A DNA stretch of 64,000 bases from Octopus sinensis. Taxonomy: Eukaryota. Numbering within the stretch: the stretch's first letter is position 1; each line of letters starts with the position of its first letter. The stretch covers positions 58,714,001-58,778,000 of the forward strand of contig NC_043005.1 of assembly GCF_006345805.1 (NCBI RefSeq). The letters are read 5' to 3'. The notes under the pieces were generated by a model. That model was not told the origin of the DNA. It saw only the letters and a list, made by a program, of their open reading frames with translations, and ran no database searches. Both the position numbers and the translations under genes were made by a program. Below, in pieces: positions 51,030-64,000 of the stretch.

Positions 51030-51030
51030 T

Positions 51031-51070
<40 letters not shown>

Positions 51071-52191
51071 GAGATAGAGAGATATAGATAGGATAGATAG
51101 ATAGATAGATAAATAGAAAGATGCACACATACATATGTCCTGTCTGCCTGTCTGTATGTATGTATGTGTGAGTGTATGTTTGTGTGTATGTTTGTGTGTA
51201 CCTTTGTTGTGTTGCCATCACATGATAGTTGTCAGCAAGCCTCACCAGCAAACATGTGATGTTGTTTGCTTCTAGTCTTCCTTGCAAAACATGTTTGGCC
51301 ATAGGGGAAAATATTATTTTGTTTGGAGACTGGCGAGGATTGGTGACAGCAAGGTCATCTGACCATCAGAGAAGCTGCCTCAAATAATTCTGTCTCATCC
51401 ATTGCCAGCATAGAAATGTGGATATGAAAATGGTTGTGATGTACGTATGTATGTATGTTTGTGTTTTGATTTGTCTGTCTGATTGCCTGTCTGTCTGTAT
51501 ATTTATCTAGCTATTTATCCATCTGTCTATATGCATGTGTGTATGTGTGTGAATATATATATATGTGCGTGTATATGTATCAATGCACAGACCACATTTT
51601 AAATACAGGGGTCATTTCATGAAATAAACAGAACCAAAACATCAACAGAACAGAAAATGGCTGCGAGATGAATGCTTTGATGCCTGATCTCTTCTGATGT
51701 TGGATATAAATGGGATGGGAATTCTGTTCAGAATATCAGTAATGTTGAGTTAGTGAAAAAGAGAAGAGGAGTGAGGAAGAGAGCATGCAGCGTTGGGTAT
51801 GTAGCAGAAACATCAATCAAAATGAAAAAAAAAAATTACTTTTTGTTTAAATATTAGTGTTGGATTTGTCTATTCAGATGGATGGAATCTATTTGATGAA
51901 TAATTGAATATATATGTAAGCATAGGAATAGGAAAATATCTATACAAATGTTTGATTGTGGTAGCCTTCTTGTGAAAAACAAAAGTAAATACACTTATTT
52001 TCAGTACAATTCCACCAATTATCTAGCCTCAACATTTTGGGCAATGATAAAATGCCTTGCATTCCAACTTCGAATCTTACCAAGTACAGCTTGACCTTCC
52101 GTCCTTTAGTTGTCATATCTTTTAGGTTCTGTTGGATGAAGAGTATGAGATCCAAGAAAAGATCTCTAATTACAGTTAAGCTAGCACTTAA

Positions 52192-52411
52192 CCCTTTTGT
52201 TACTGTATTTATTTTGAGATGCTTGTGTTTCTTTCAATTATTTTAAATACAACAAAGAATTTAATAAAATAAGCTCATTATCATTAAGTTAGTGTTAGGA
52301 ACATAAATTATGACTAAGGTTTGGTGGAAGATTTTTGTTCAAAACTTATGTAAGCATGACATTTGTATTACAGAGCCAGAGGCGGTTTCAGTTGGGTTGG
52401 TATTGAAAGGG
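52192..52411 (+). mobile_element. piggyBac-like MITE, family A
   Basis: TTAA|cccttttgttac...gtattgaaaggg|TTAA; colinear with 47708-47917. Confidence 0.85.
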
Positions 52412-54139
52412 TTAAAGTAGGAGTGAAGGCATAGTGCATGCTATTATGAAGTCACACTCAAATGTGAGTGTTGGTTGAATATATATCTACTATAATAATC
52501 TTTGTTGCATATTTAAGTGTACCAGCAATACCTGTGGAAATTCCATGGTCCATTCATAAATATTTCCTCTGTCAGTAATAATATCATATTTCCTGCATAA
52601 TGGTTCTACGGATTCCTTGTTGCTAGACTCACACTCATGCGTGAATGCTTACTCTCTCTTTTACTTGTTTCAGTCATTTGACTATGGCCATGCTGGAGCA
52701 CCGCCTTTAGTTGAACAAATCGACCCCAGGACTTATTCTTTGTAAGCCTAGTACTTATTCTATCAGTTTCTTTTGCTGAACCACTAAGTTACAGGGATGT
52801 AAACACACAAGCAACGGTTGTCAAGCGATGTTGGGGGTGGGGTCAAACACAGACACACAAACACACACACACATATATGCATATACATATATACGACAGG
52901 CTTCTTTCAGTTTCTGTCTACCAAATCCACTCAAGGCTTTGGTTGGCCTGGGGCTATAGTAGAAGACACAGACATTTGCCCAAGGTACCATGCAGTGGGA
53001 CTGAACCCAGAACCATGTGGTTGGTATGCAAGCTACTTACCACACAGCCACTCCTGCGCCTATGGCAGCAATAGCTGCAGAGAGAGCAGTGTTGGTTGCT
53101 ATGATGACGTTGATGGTGGTTGAGATGGTGGAGGTGACAGAAAGAAGCAGACAGTGGCATAGATAGACAAAGAGAGAGGTGGAGGAATGAGAGAATGAGA
53201 TAACTAAAGATGCAGTGACATCACACAGCCTGTCACTTCTAGAATCCCCAGTCTCTGCATCTCTCTCTGTCTCAGTAGATTTTTTTTGTTCACTCTTATC
53301 CCCAACAATATTATCACAATTGTCTCTATAAGCAGCACTACAGAACAACCAAAAGTTCCTTTCTCACTATGAGTTACTTCCCTTAGTGTTACATACTTTT
53401 TATGATGGAAGAAGTATAGGTATCATCATCATCATTATCATCATCATTTCAACATCCATTTTTCCATACTTGCGTGGATCAGATGGAACTTGTTGAGGCA
53501 GATATTCTACAGTTGGTTGCTATTCTTGTCGCCAACGGTCACTTGTTTCCAAGTAAAGTAACATTTCCATATAACTCGAGATATTTTCATTGAAGATTGG
53601 AAATGAAGAACACTGCTTTTGTGAGGGTGAGGCTTGTTTACAACTATTCACAATGTCAAGATAAGGAGACACTAACTTCATACACATTCTTGTTTACTTT
53701 TTATTCTTTCACTTGCTTGTCATTTGACTGCAGTTGAAGAGATTGATCCCAGGACATAATCTTTGTAAGGCTAGTACTTGTTCTTTCAGTCTCTTTTGCT
53801 GAACCACTAAGTTACAGGAATGTAAACACACCAACATTGGCTGTCAAGTATTGGTGGGGGGGACAAACAAGCATACAAAGAGACACACATATAAATATAT
53901 ACATACATGCACGCACACACGTTCATATATGATGGATGTCTTTCAGTTTCTGTCTACCAAATCCACTTGCAAGGCTTTGGTCAGCTTGAGGCTATAGTAG
54001 AAGATACTTGCCCAAGGTGCGATGCAGAAGGACTGAACCCAGAAACATATGATCAGGAAGCAAGCTTCTTATCACACAGCCATGCCTGAGCTTGCATGCA
54101 TATGTACATACATACATCATATACATACTTATATATTTA

Positions 54140-55160
54140 TACATATACATAGTTTACGCATCGACGGCCTCCGTGCTGAGGGCACGTAACAAAACACCCA
54201 TCCGAGCGTGGCCGTCTGCCAGCCTCGTCTGGCACCTGTGTCGGTGGCACATAAAAAAACCACAATCCGAGCGTGGCCGTCTGCCAGCCTCGTCTGTCGT
54301 CTGGCACCTGTGTCGGTGGCACATAAAACAAACACACATCCGAGCGTGGCCGTCTGCCAGCCTCGTCTGGCACCTGTGTCGATGGCACATAAAAAACACC
54401 ATCCGAGCGTGGCCGTCTCTGCCACACTCGTCTGGCGTCTGTGTCGGTGGACATAAAATCACCCACTACACTCTCGGAGTGTTGGCGTTAGGAAGGCATC
54501 CAGCTGTAAAACACTGCCAGATTCTGACTGGCCTGGTGCAGCCTTCGGGCTTGCCAGACCCCAGTTGAACCGTCCAAACCATGCTAGCATGGAAAGCGGA
54601 CGTTATTAAACGATGATGATGATGATTGATGATGATGATATATATATATCATCATCATCATCATATTAATTAATGTTCACTTCCATGCTGGCATGGGTTG
54701 GATGGTTTGACTGAGGACTAGCAAGCCAGATGGCTGCACCATGCTCCAATCTGATCTGGCAGAGTTTCTACAGCTGGATGCCCTTCCTAATGTCAACCAC
54801 TCCGAGAGTGTAGTGAGTGCTTTTATGTGCCACCAGCATGAGTCAGGCAGTACTGGCAACGGCCACACTCAAATGGTGTTTTTTATGTGCCACCTGCACC
54901 GGAGCCAGTCCAGCAGCACTGGCAATGACCTCGCTCGAATGTTGTTTTTTCACGTGCCACCGGCACAAGTGCCAGCAAGATGACACTGGTAATGATTATG
55001 CTCGAATGGTGCTTTTTATGTGCCACCAGCATGGGAGCAAGTCAGCAGCCCTGGCAACAATCATGCTTGGATGGTGCTCTTAGCATTCCACTAGCATGGA
55101 TGCCAGTCATACGGTGCTGTCATCGACCATGTCAGAGAAGCCAGCCAGCACAGATTTTTG
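54140..55160. mobile_element. Tail-to-tail pair of RTE 3' UTRs, each with tandem ~60-bp subunits
   Basis: Plus copy 54140-54640 with about five units of catccgagcgtggccgtctgccagcctcgtctggcacctgtgtcggtggcacataaaa; minus copy 54660-55160; junction (GAT)n-TATATA-(CAT)n. Confidence 0.88.
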
Positions 55161-55763
55161 CTACAGTATTTCATATCGAGATGTCAAATGTAAACAAACA
55201 ATGAGCGCTAATGAAGGGACAACAACCCTAAAGTATGGTATATATATTCATTACCCATTTTTGTTTTCAATCACATTGTTCCTATAAGTTCTATAGAATA
55301 TCTGTAGAAAGAGTCTCGACAAAATAACGTAAGAAGCACTACTGATGCAGTAGAACATGGTACTGGCATTTAGTATACTTTATAGTATATTATGTTTGCA
55401 CAACAAAGTACCACATATGCACACATCATTAATATATAAACATATATATATTTAACAACCAAAAATGCTAGTTCTAATATCTCTCTAGGAGATGGTAAGG
55501 GTTCACTCCCCTGCTCACAATTTTACTGGATGCAGTTGTGCATCATTTACCTGGTAGAGGAGATGTCCTCTCAGGGTTAAAAAAATCACAGTAGAGTCTG
55601 CTCGAACAGAGTCTGCCATAAAGTGGCTATGAATATTACTTGTCACACACACACACACACACGCCCACACATACACACAACACACACACACACACACACG
55701 CACACACACACACATGCGCACACACACACACGCACACACACACACACACACAACGCACACACA

Positions 55764-55802
<39 letters not shown>

Positions 55803-55960
55803 GCACACACACACACACACACAAAATATGGGGGTTTAGTTCACAGGTGATCTAAACCACTAGGTATGCTGGGTAAGTGCTGTAGCGGATTACCAGAGCT
55901 CCATGATTTATAGCTGAGACAGGAGTTATGGAACCTTTGTAGATTTCCAATATAGCAGAT

Positions 55961-56295
55961 GCATGGCTCAGTGGTTAGAGCGTCGAGCTTACGATCGTGA
56001 GGTTGTGAGCTCGAATCCCGGACCGGGCTGCGTGTTGTGTTCTTGAACAAGACACTTTATTTCACGTTGCTCCAGTTCACTCAGCTGTAGAAATGAGTTG
56101 CGACGTCACAGGTGCCAAGCTGTATCGACCTTTGTCTTTCCCTTGGATAACACTGGTGACGTGGAGAGGGGAGGCCGGTATGCATGGGCGACTACTGGTC
56201 TTCCATAAAACAACCTTGCCCAGACTTGTGCCTCAGAGGGTAACTCTCTAGGTGCAAACCCATGGTCACTCATGACCGAAGGGGGTCTTTACCCT
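55961..56295 (+). mobile_element. Full-length tRNA-derived SINE inserted into a Penelope-like repeat
   Basis: A box tggctcagtgg, B box gctcgaatccc, CORE-like ttgtgttcttgaacaagacact; the flanks rejoin to the reverse complement of 6530-6690. Confidence 0.82.
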
Positions 56296-56343
56296 AGTTG
56301 TTAAAGAGGACATTAATCCAGACTCTTCTCATTTTCCCTATTT

Positions 56344-56399
56344 GTCTCTGATGTTGGATTATCCCATACTCTTGAATATCTTAGAAACAGTTGTAAGAC
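56344..56399 (+). ncRNA. Type I hammerhead motif with a core lesion (A9 to U)
   Basis: gtct CTGATGt ... GAAA CAGTTG TA agac; paralogue of 6407-6462 with a degraded stem II. Confidence 0.55.
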
Positions 56400-56486
56400 T
56401 TTGAATTTTTCCAATAATAATAATGCATATGACTTGAGTCTGTCTCGCCTTAAGGTTTGTTGTCCTGTTTAACAATTATATATATG

Positions 56487-56560
<74 letters not shown>

Positions 56561-57714
56561 GTGCTTTTTCATTTCCCATTTTCTAAATCCCCTCAGCAGA
56601 CTTTGTCAGCTCTGGGCTACAGTAGAAAACATTTGTCCAAGATGCTGTGCAGTGGGACTGAACTCCCCAGAGTTCGTGGTTGGGAAAAAAAATTCTCAAC
56701 CACAACTCTGCCTGTTATATTGTTATATATTACTTTTCTGTCTGGTTAAAGTGTAATAGCAGTAGGAAGGGAAACAGAAGAAAAGAAGTAGAGAGTGAGA
56801 AGGGTGAACTATGTTAAGTGAACTGGAGTGAAGATTGGTAGAAGGAAAGTGAAAACTAGGCATGGGGAAGGGAAGAACAAGAAAGAGATAGAGGAAACAA
56901 TGAATGGAAGATTGTGAGAAAGAAGCAAATAATGAAAAGAGGGAGAAAGATAGTAAATTAAAAAGATGGTTGGGAATGATGGTTGAAGGAAAAAATCTCA
57001 CTCATATACAAACACACACACGCATACACACACTCACACACACACACACATGTATGCATATTCAGACACATGCATATCCGTACATGTACACATATACACA
57101 AACAAACAAGCATGTAGTGAATGCTGAAACATTGAAAGTAATTTAACTCCACTGAATTATTCCTAATTAAAATTATTTACATAATTTTTGTTTTGATCAT
57201 ATAGTTTAATAAAGAAATTCATAAGTTCCACTCCTTTTAAGAGCAAACATTTTTAAAGGGATTTTGTCAGCAATACCATTCACACATCTACTAAAGTTAC
57301 CAAGCTGTGGATGTGTTGCTCCACAGAATTTTCCCGCATTCCTTGCCAAAAGTCATGAATATGAATTACTTTTAATATATGTGCAAATAACTGTCATTTT
57401 TGACAGTTCAGGCTCACAATAATTTAATTAAATTATAAATTAATGTTGGGGGAATTTTCAACAATTGAATACGGAAGCTTTTATTGTTTAAGACCAGTAA
57501 AATTTTATAGCAATTTATATAAACTTTGCTTCATTAATTAATCCTTCAAAATAATTTTAATAAAAATTTAATCATTCTTAATATGCAAGATTACTTCAAA
57601 TATTTGGAGTGCATGTTATGTCGATGCATTGATTAAATATCAATTTCTGTTTAATTCTTGAAAATGTCATTTTTACTTATGGTGTAATTTGTATACAAGT
57701 ATATATTATCATTA

Positions 57715-58075
57715 TCATTATTATTAATATTTATATAATTTTTTCTCAGAGCTCTCGACCTTACTCGTTCCGGCTAATTCTGTGAGAGTGGACAGCATCC
57801 TGTTGTTAAATGTCTCATAGGGTCTTTTTCCACAAATTATTGGACTTGGTACTTAGGTGTTCAGTGTCGTGGAAGATATTCAACATTCACATACCAATCT
57901 CAAAATCTTAGTTGTTCCCAATAGAGCAATTTCAGGGGCATGCTCTACCCTCATGTGAATTCCAATTTCTCTGACATATTTATTGAACTTGGTTGTTAGT
58001 GCTCCAAATAAACCTACAACTATTGGGATGACAGTTACTTTATTATTATTATCATTATTATTAGTATTAGTATTA

Positions 58076-58131
<56 letters not shown>

Positions 58132-59290
58132 GCTATTATTTTGTTTTACTTCTCAGAACGTTCGGTCTTGTTTGTTCTGGTAGATTCTGTGAGAGCAGAT
58201 AGTAGCCTACTGTTAGAGGTCTCACAGGGTGTCTTTCTGCATATCATAAGCTTTGATACTTGGTTGTTAATTACTGTGGGAGACATTCAACATCCAAATA
58301 GCAATCTCAAAATCCTAGCTGTCCCCAGCAGAGCAGTTTTTTTTTTTGGCTAGTTTTGCTCTTACATCTGATTTCTCTGACTTATTTCTCGAACTTGGTG
58401 GTTAGTACTCTGAGTGCCGTACAACTACTGGCATGACAGATACTCTCCTCATAGTCCACATTCTTGCAATTTGGTCTTTTAGTAGTCTATACATTTCAAT
58501 CTTTTCTAGTTCTTTGTCACTTATGTGAGCATCTCCGGGTATTGCAATATCTATGATCTTGGTTTCCTTTTTTCCCTACCTACCATAACAATATCTGGTC
58601 TCTGAGCCTTGATTAGGAAGTCACATTGGATTGTAAAATCCCACTATCTCCTATGTTCTTTGTTCTGGTTCATGTTCATACCATTTCCATGCTCTGTTCA
58701 GGTCGTACTTTTCACATAGCCTCTAGTGGATGAACTTAGCCACATGATCATGCATTCTTTTGTAGTGCATTTTGGTCAACTTGCTACACTCACTCACAAC
58801 ATGTGAGATTGTTTCATTTCTACTGCCACACATCCTACAAAGGGGCGATTTGCCACTCTTATCTATTTGGAACTTGGTACAATTAGTTCTCAGAGCTTGT
58901 TCCTGGACATTGCATATCAATGCCTCAGTGCATCATTTCAGACCACTTTTTCTGAGGTAGTGACCACGCAGTGATCTCATTTTCCAGTTGTTTACTCTTT
59001 CTTCTTCATCTTATATCTTAAATATTTGTGGGTGCATCACATTTCGGGTAGGTATTACATTGTTAATTCTGACAGCAGCAAGCAAGGACTCACTCTGCTG
59101 CTTGATGTACCAACCCAGACTGTTCTTCTTTTAATTAATTGTCGTCACTTTTCTAGTTTTTCTATCTATTTCCTCAAGCTCATTCTTTGTCCACCTGACA
59201 ACGTCTGTGCCATATTGTATTAAGGAAACAACCCATGTGTTCATTGCTCTGGTTTTGTTTTTTGTATTGAGTCTACTTCCCATAATTAAC
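57715..59290 (-). mobile_element. Two tandem 5'-truncated R4/Dong LINE copies separated by (TAA)n
   Basis: 58140-59290: QEQALRTN...CRMCGSRNETISHVVSECSKL..Y..HD.VA..IH and QRPDI...IIDIAIPGD..KE.EK. 57715-58050: second 3' end (ALLGTTKILRL) with a homologous UTR. TAA tract at 58040-58140. Confidence 0.85.
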
Positions 59291-60017
59291 TTGGTTCTTC
59301 TTATTCTTCTTCTTCTTCTTCACTACCTTTCAATTCTGTTTCCATTTCTTGCTGAGTGTCTTCCTGACACCTAGGACAGAGAAACGTATTGTATACATTG
59401 ATAGGCCATTGAACTCCAGTATGCAACTGGTACTTAGTTTATCAACCCCAAAAAGATGAAACGCAAAGATGACCTTGGCGGACTTTGAATTCAGAGCGTA
59501 AAGACAGGTGAAATACCGCTAAGCATTTTGCCTGGCATGTTAAAATTTCTGCCAGCTCACCGCCTTAATATTAACATTATTATTAAGGTGGGGAGATGGT
59601 AGAGCCATTAGCACACTGGGCAAAAATGCTCAGCAGCATTTTGTTTGTCTATAAATTCTGAGTTTAAATTCCCCCAAGGTCGAATTTGCCTTTCATCCTT
59701 TTGGGGTCGATAGATTAAGTGCCAGTTGGACAGTGAGGTCAATGTAATCAATGTACTCACAGACGGAATATGTTGTAGCAGATTTTCTGTGGCCACACTG
59801 GAGCACCACCTTTAATTGAACAAATCAACCCAAGGACTTATTCTTTGTAAGCCTAGTACTTATTCTATCAGTCTCTTTTGCTGAACCACTAAGTGATGGG
59901 GATGTAAACACACCAACATCGATTGTCAAGTTATGATGGGGGACATACACAGACAAAAATAACAAACAGACAGACAGACAGACAGACACACGCACACATA
60001 TATGTATGTATATATTG

Positions 60018-60068
<51 letters not shown>

Positions 60069-60134
60069 CGTACATATTCATTAATTAATTTATTTATTTA
60101 TATATGTAATACATGTGTGTGTGTGTATATATAT

Positions 60135-60830
60135 ATGGTGGATGTCTACTCCTTATACATAGTTTGATCACCTCCTGTACCTATGCCTTAGCACCATCAT
60201 GGCATCTGCTGTGGCTTTTTAAACCAATGTTCTGAAAAGATACCCACATAGATTGTAACTCTGATTTGGACCACCAAGAGCTGCAGATAAGTTCTGCTTG
60301 TTGTGGATTTTAAAATGTCTCCTGAGGCCTCCATTGAATTTGCAAACCTTCTGGCATACACTGCATTCAAAGGTGTGCACAGACATATAGGCAGAATAGT
60401 TGGTGGAGGTTAGTTTTCCATGAGTTTTCAGATAAGATTTGAGGCCAGAAAAAGACAGGCATGGTCTGTCACAGACTGTGCACACAAAAAGGTCATTGTA
60501 ATTCACCTTCTTGATCATTACATTCTTCCTTAGATCTCTTTTTAGTCTTACTTGTGTTATCCTGGCCTCCCTTTTCAAATGCTTTCACTCCACCCCACAC
60601 CTTTGTTGCCATCCAACTTCATCCAAAGCAAGGGTTTCTATATCTTCTGGAACCATTCTCAGTGACTTCATAGTACTCCTTATGCTGTCCCTAAACCTGT
60701 GACAATTATTCGGTAGCCATGATAAAACTCCGAGTTGGAAATCCACGCCACCATCTCTTCAGTTATCCGGCCATCGGAAAAATGCCCTCTTTCGAGGTCT
60801 CTTTCTTTCTTTTGTTGTCTTACCGATTTT
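60135..60830 (-). mobile_element. RTE LINE 3' portion ending in tandem C2H2 zinc-finger motifs
   Basis: RFRDSIRSTMKSL....DIETLALD..GW (RTE C-terminus), then CTVCDRPCLSFSGLKSYLKTH, CSVCQKVCKFNGGLRRHFKIH and a third, frameshifted finger that is intact in the 5590-5760 copy. Confidence 0.75.
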
Positions 60831-61272
60831 ATCAATATATACATATATATATATATATATATTATATATATGTTTATATTTCCATCAGTCAATTTCCTTC
60901 TATGAAATACAGTATACAAATTTTGATATAGTTGCTGATATTTATGAAATCTAAACAATAACATACGAAAATGTGCTACCATTCTTCAAGATTTATATTG
61001 GCTATGTATATAACTAAATCAGAAATAAATTAAGGTTGATAACATCTCCATATTCAATAAATTGGTGATGTTTGACAAAGTACTTGAAATTATTTTATAT
61101 GAAAGAGAAAACTTGAATTGACTGATACGTTGAGACAGACAATAACTATATGAAAACTGTATACCAACTAATAAAAGTAGGACTATAAAAAAGAAATATG
61201 AAGTGTGTGTATGTGTTAGATATATATACATACATATACATAAATGTACACACACACACATGGATAGTTAGC

Positions 61273-61347
<75 letters not shown>

Positions 61348-62967
61348 ATAAATAGATCAATAGATAGATAGACAAATGGCTGACAGCATAGCTTGGTACA
61401 GTCCTCCAATTTGCCAGCTCCTGTGAAACTGTTCAACCTGTGTCAACATGGAAAAGCAACTGTTGAATGATGCTGCTGCTGCTCATGATGATGATGTGTG
61501 TGTGTGTGTCTGTGTGTATAAGTGTAGATGTGTGGCAAGTAACTTGCTTCTGAACCATATGGCTCCAGTTCAGTCCCACTGCCTGGCACCTTGAGCAAGT
61601 GTCTTCTACTATAGCCTCAGGCCAACATAAGCCTTGTGAGTGGATATGGCTGATGGAAACTGAAAGAATCCTATCATATGTGTGTAGGATGTGTGTGTGT
61701 GTATGTGTGCATGTGTGTGCACACATGCATGTGTGTGATTGTGTCTGTGTTTGTCCCCCATCACCACTTGACAACTAGTGTTCCTGTGTTTATATCCCCA
61801 TAACTTAGCAATCCAGCAAAAATGTCTAATAGGATTAGTACTAAATTTAACATGAAATGAGTACTAGGACTAATTCATTTGACTACAAGGTGGTGCCCCA
61901 GCCTGACCACAGTCTTATGACTGACACAAGTAAAAGATAAAAGATTAAAGATTTCTGATAACATGCAGTAAATGTTAAGGCATAATTCTAAATGGTGATG
62001 TTAGAACTTTCTAAACTTGTAGCCGCTTTTTCTTTCATTGTATTCACTTTCTTCACCTCCTCAATGTCTTATCTCTTTCTCTTTCTCTTTCTTTTGTCTA
62101 CCTTTACAACCTCCAAATCTCACTTTTCCATCAACTGACCCCTTTGGATTCATCAGTGCTATTTTTTTTTCACTACTCTCTCATATTCCCATTTCCTCAT
62201 AGCAACCCTGATACAATAGAGCTGGATTCCTCCCTACATAACATACCACATCACCTTAACACACAGTTCCTCCCTCTTTTTTTCACCAGACACTTATCCC
62301 TACCCATTTTCATCTGTCACTTACACACATCCGTCTCCTATAGTGTATATTCTGCTATTATTTCCTTTACTGCACTCTCACGACTATACATCTTGTTGAT
62401 CTGATCTGATAAATTTTTCTCACTTTGTTTCTGTTGCAATACTACTATTCTGAAGATATACCATTTCCCTCTAAGTAATTTGTACTCAAAATGTAGGTTA
62501 CCAGACCACTGCAGCTGCTGCTATTTTCATCGCCATCTGTGGATTCCTAGACATATAAAAGCCAACAGATGGGCTTGAATAGTATGCTTTCGTTTCCTGT
62601 GCAGCTGTGGCTACATTTTATGTTTTTTCTATTGAAAAGCTTGTAGTATTTATTATGAGTAGGAAAGTATTTGATGATTAAGTGTTAAGAAATTTTTTCT
62701 CACATTTGTCACAAAGCATAGGCTGAAGGGCAGTTTCCAAAAAAGTTGATGGTTCTTTTTCTGGCTTTGCTTCGTTTATAGCCTATTTGTATAGCATAGA
62801 CTTTTCTTTGAAATGAATGTGCTTTATTAGTTTGTTAAATATTGTCTTATCAGATGATATTCTGGAAAGTCTCCAGCTTGTATTGCTGATAAGAGTTACT
62901 TATTAGCGAAGATGAGAGGCTGGAATATGCATCTGTATATCAGTGTATGTGCACATATATATAATAT

Positions 62968-63028
<61 letters not shown>

Positions 63029-63059
63029 CAGTTATATATATATATATATATATGTATAT

Positions 63060-63689
63060 TTATATATACATATATATATGTATATATATATATTTATATA
63101 TACATATATATATAGATGTATATATAAATATATATATAATATATATATATATTATATATATATATATACATATATATATACATGTAAGTATGTGTGTGTT
63201 AATATATACATACATATACGTATGTAAGAATAATCATTCACATACATACACAAACGCGCATGCACAGATGCATGCACATACACAATCATCCATATACGTA
63301 TATAAATATATGTTCGATATATTTCTAATTACATCAACTGATGCCAGCACATAACTAAAGAGATGTCTAGATTGACGCTGTAATTGTTGCCAGTAGCAGT
63401 GATCCATTTATCCTTCTGTAATGATGCAGTCAAAAAAAGTATAGCCATTTTCATAAGATAGTTGATATACAGTCTTTTCTGTTCAATAATTTCATTTGGC
63501 ATGTGAGCTAAGCTCTAATGTACACATATGTCCATATGAACACAAATATTCTATATGTAAATGTATACATACATACATACATACATACATACATACATAC
63601 ATACATACATACATACACACGCACACACATACATACATACATATATATATATATATGCATATGTATATGTATATATATATATATATATG

Positions 63690-63724
<35 letters not shown>

Positions 63725-64000
63725 ATATGTACATGTATACATATTTATATGTATATATATATATTTATATATACATATATATATAGATGTATATATAATA
63801 TATATATTATATATATTATATATATATATATATATATACATATATATATACATGTAAGTATGTGTGTGTTAATATATACATACATATACGTATGTAAGAA
63901 TAATCATTCACATACATACACAAACGCGCATGCACAGATGCATGCACATACACAATCATCCATATACGTATATAAATATATGTTCGATATATTTCTAATT
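63060..64000. repeat. Local duplication (63060-63330 repeated at ~63740-64000, offset 670 bp) within a (TA)n-rich region
   Basis: 63181-63330 and 63851-64000 read identically. Confidence 0.9.

Noticed and set aside
54129-54470. Regularly spaced repeats resembling a CRISPR array
   Set aside because: Whole units are repeated with no unique spacers, and the unit is part of the RTE 3' UTR found throughout the window.
55961-56035. tRNA gene
   Set aside because: A/B boxes are present but there is no complete cloverleaf, and it continues into a SINE body; the same applies to the heads at 10315, 13105-13240 and 21052.

Overview
AT-rich, microsatellite-dense eukaryotic genomic DNA. The SINE, RTE and Penelope repeat content resembles coleoid cephalopod (Octopus-like) DNA; this taxon call is from recall, not a search. 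The window looks entirely intragenic. Four short phase-0 coding exons on + (2685-2813, 15081-15149, 17293-17370, 35528-35608) splice into one 119-aa stretch resembling cilia- and flagella-associated protein 65 (CFAP65/CCDC108), and I found no further exon of this gene before 64000. The introns hold TAA-targeting R4/Dong-type LINEs (one with a ~627-codon uninterrupted RT-CCHC-RLE frame), RTE LINE pieces (one family ending in three C2H2 fingers), a HERO-like 3' end, a Gypsy deletion derivative and a solo LTR, several Tc1/mariner remnants, piggyBac-like MITEs, a non-autonomous Helitron, several tRNA-derived SINE families and Penelope-like remnants. The most notable signal is three distinct families of type I hammerhead ribozyme motifs, one with a fully intact core (9496-9587, minus). 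There are also several long fold-back structures. Nearly all listed ORFs are artefacts of simple repeats.
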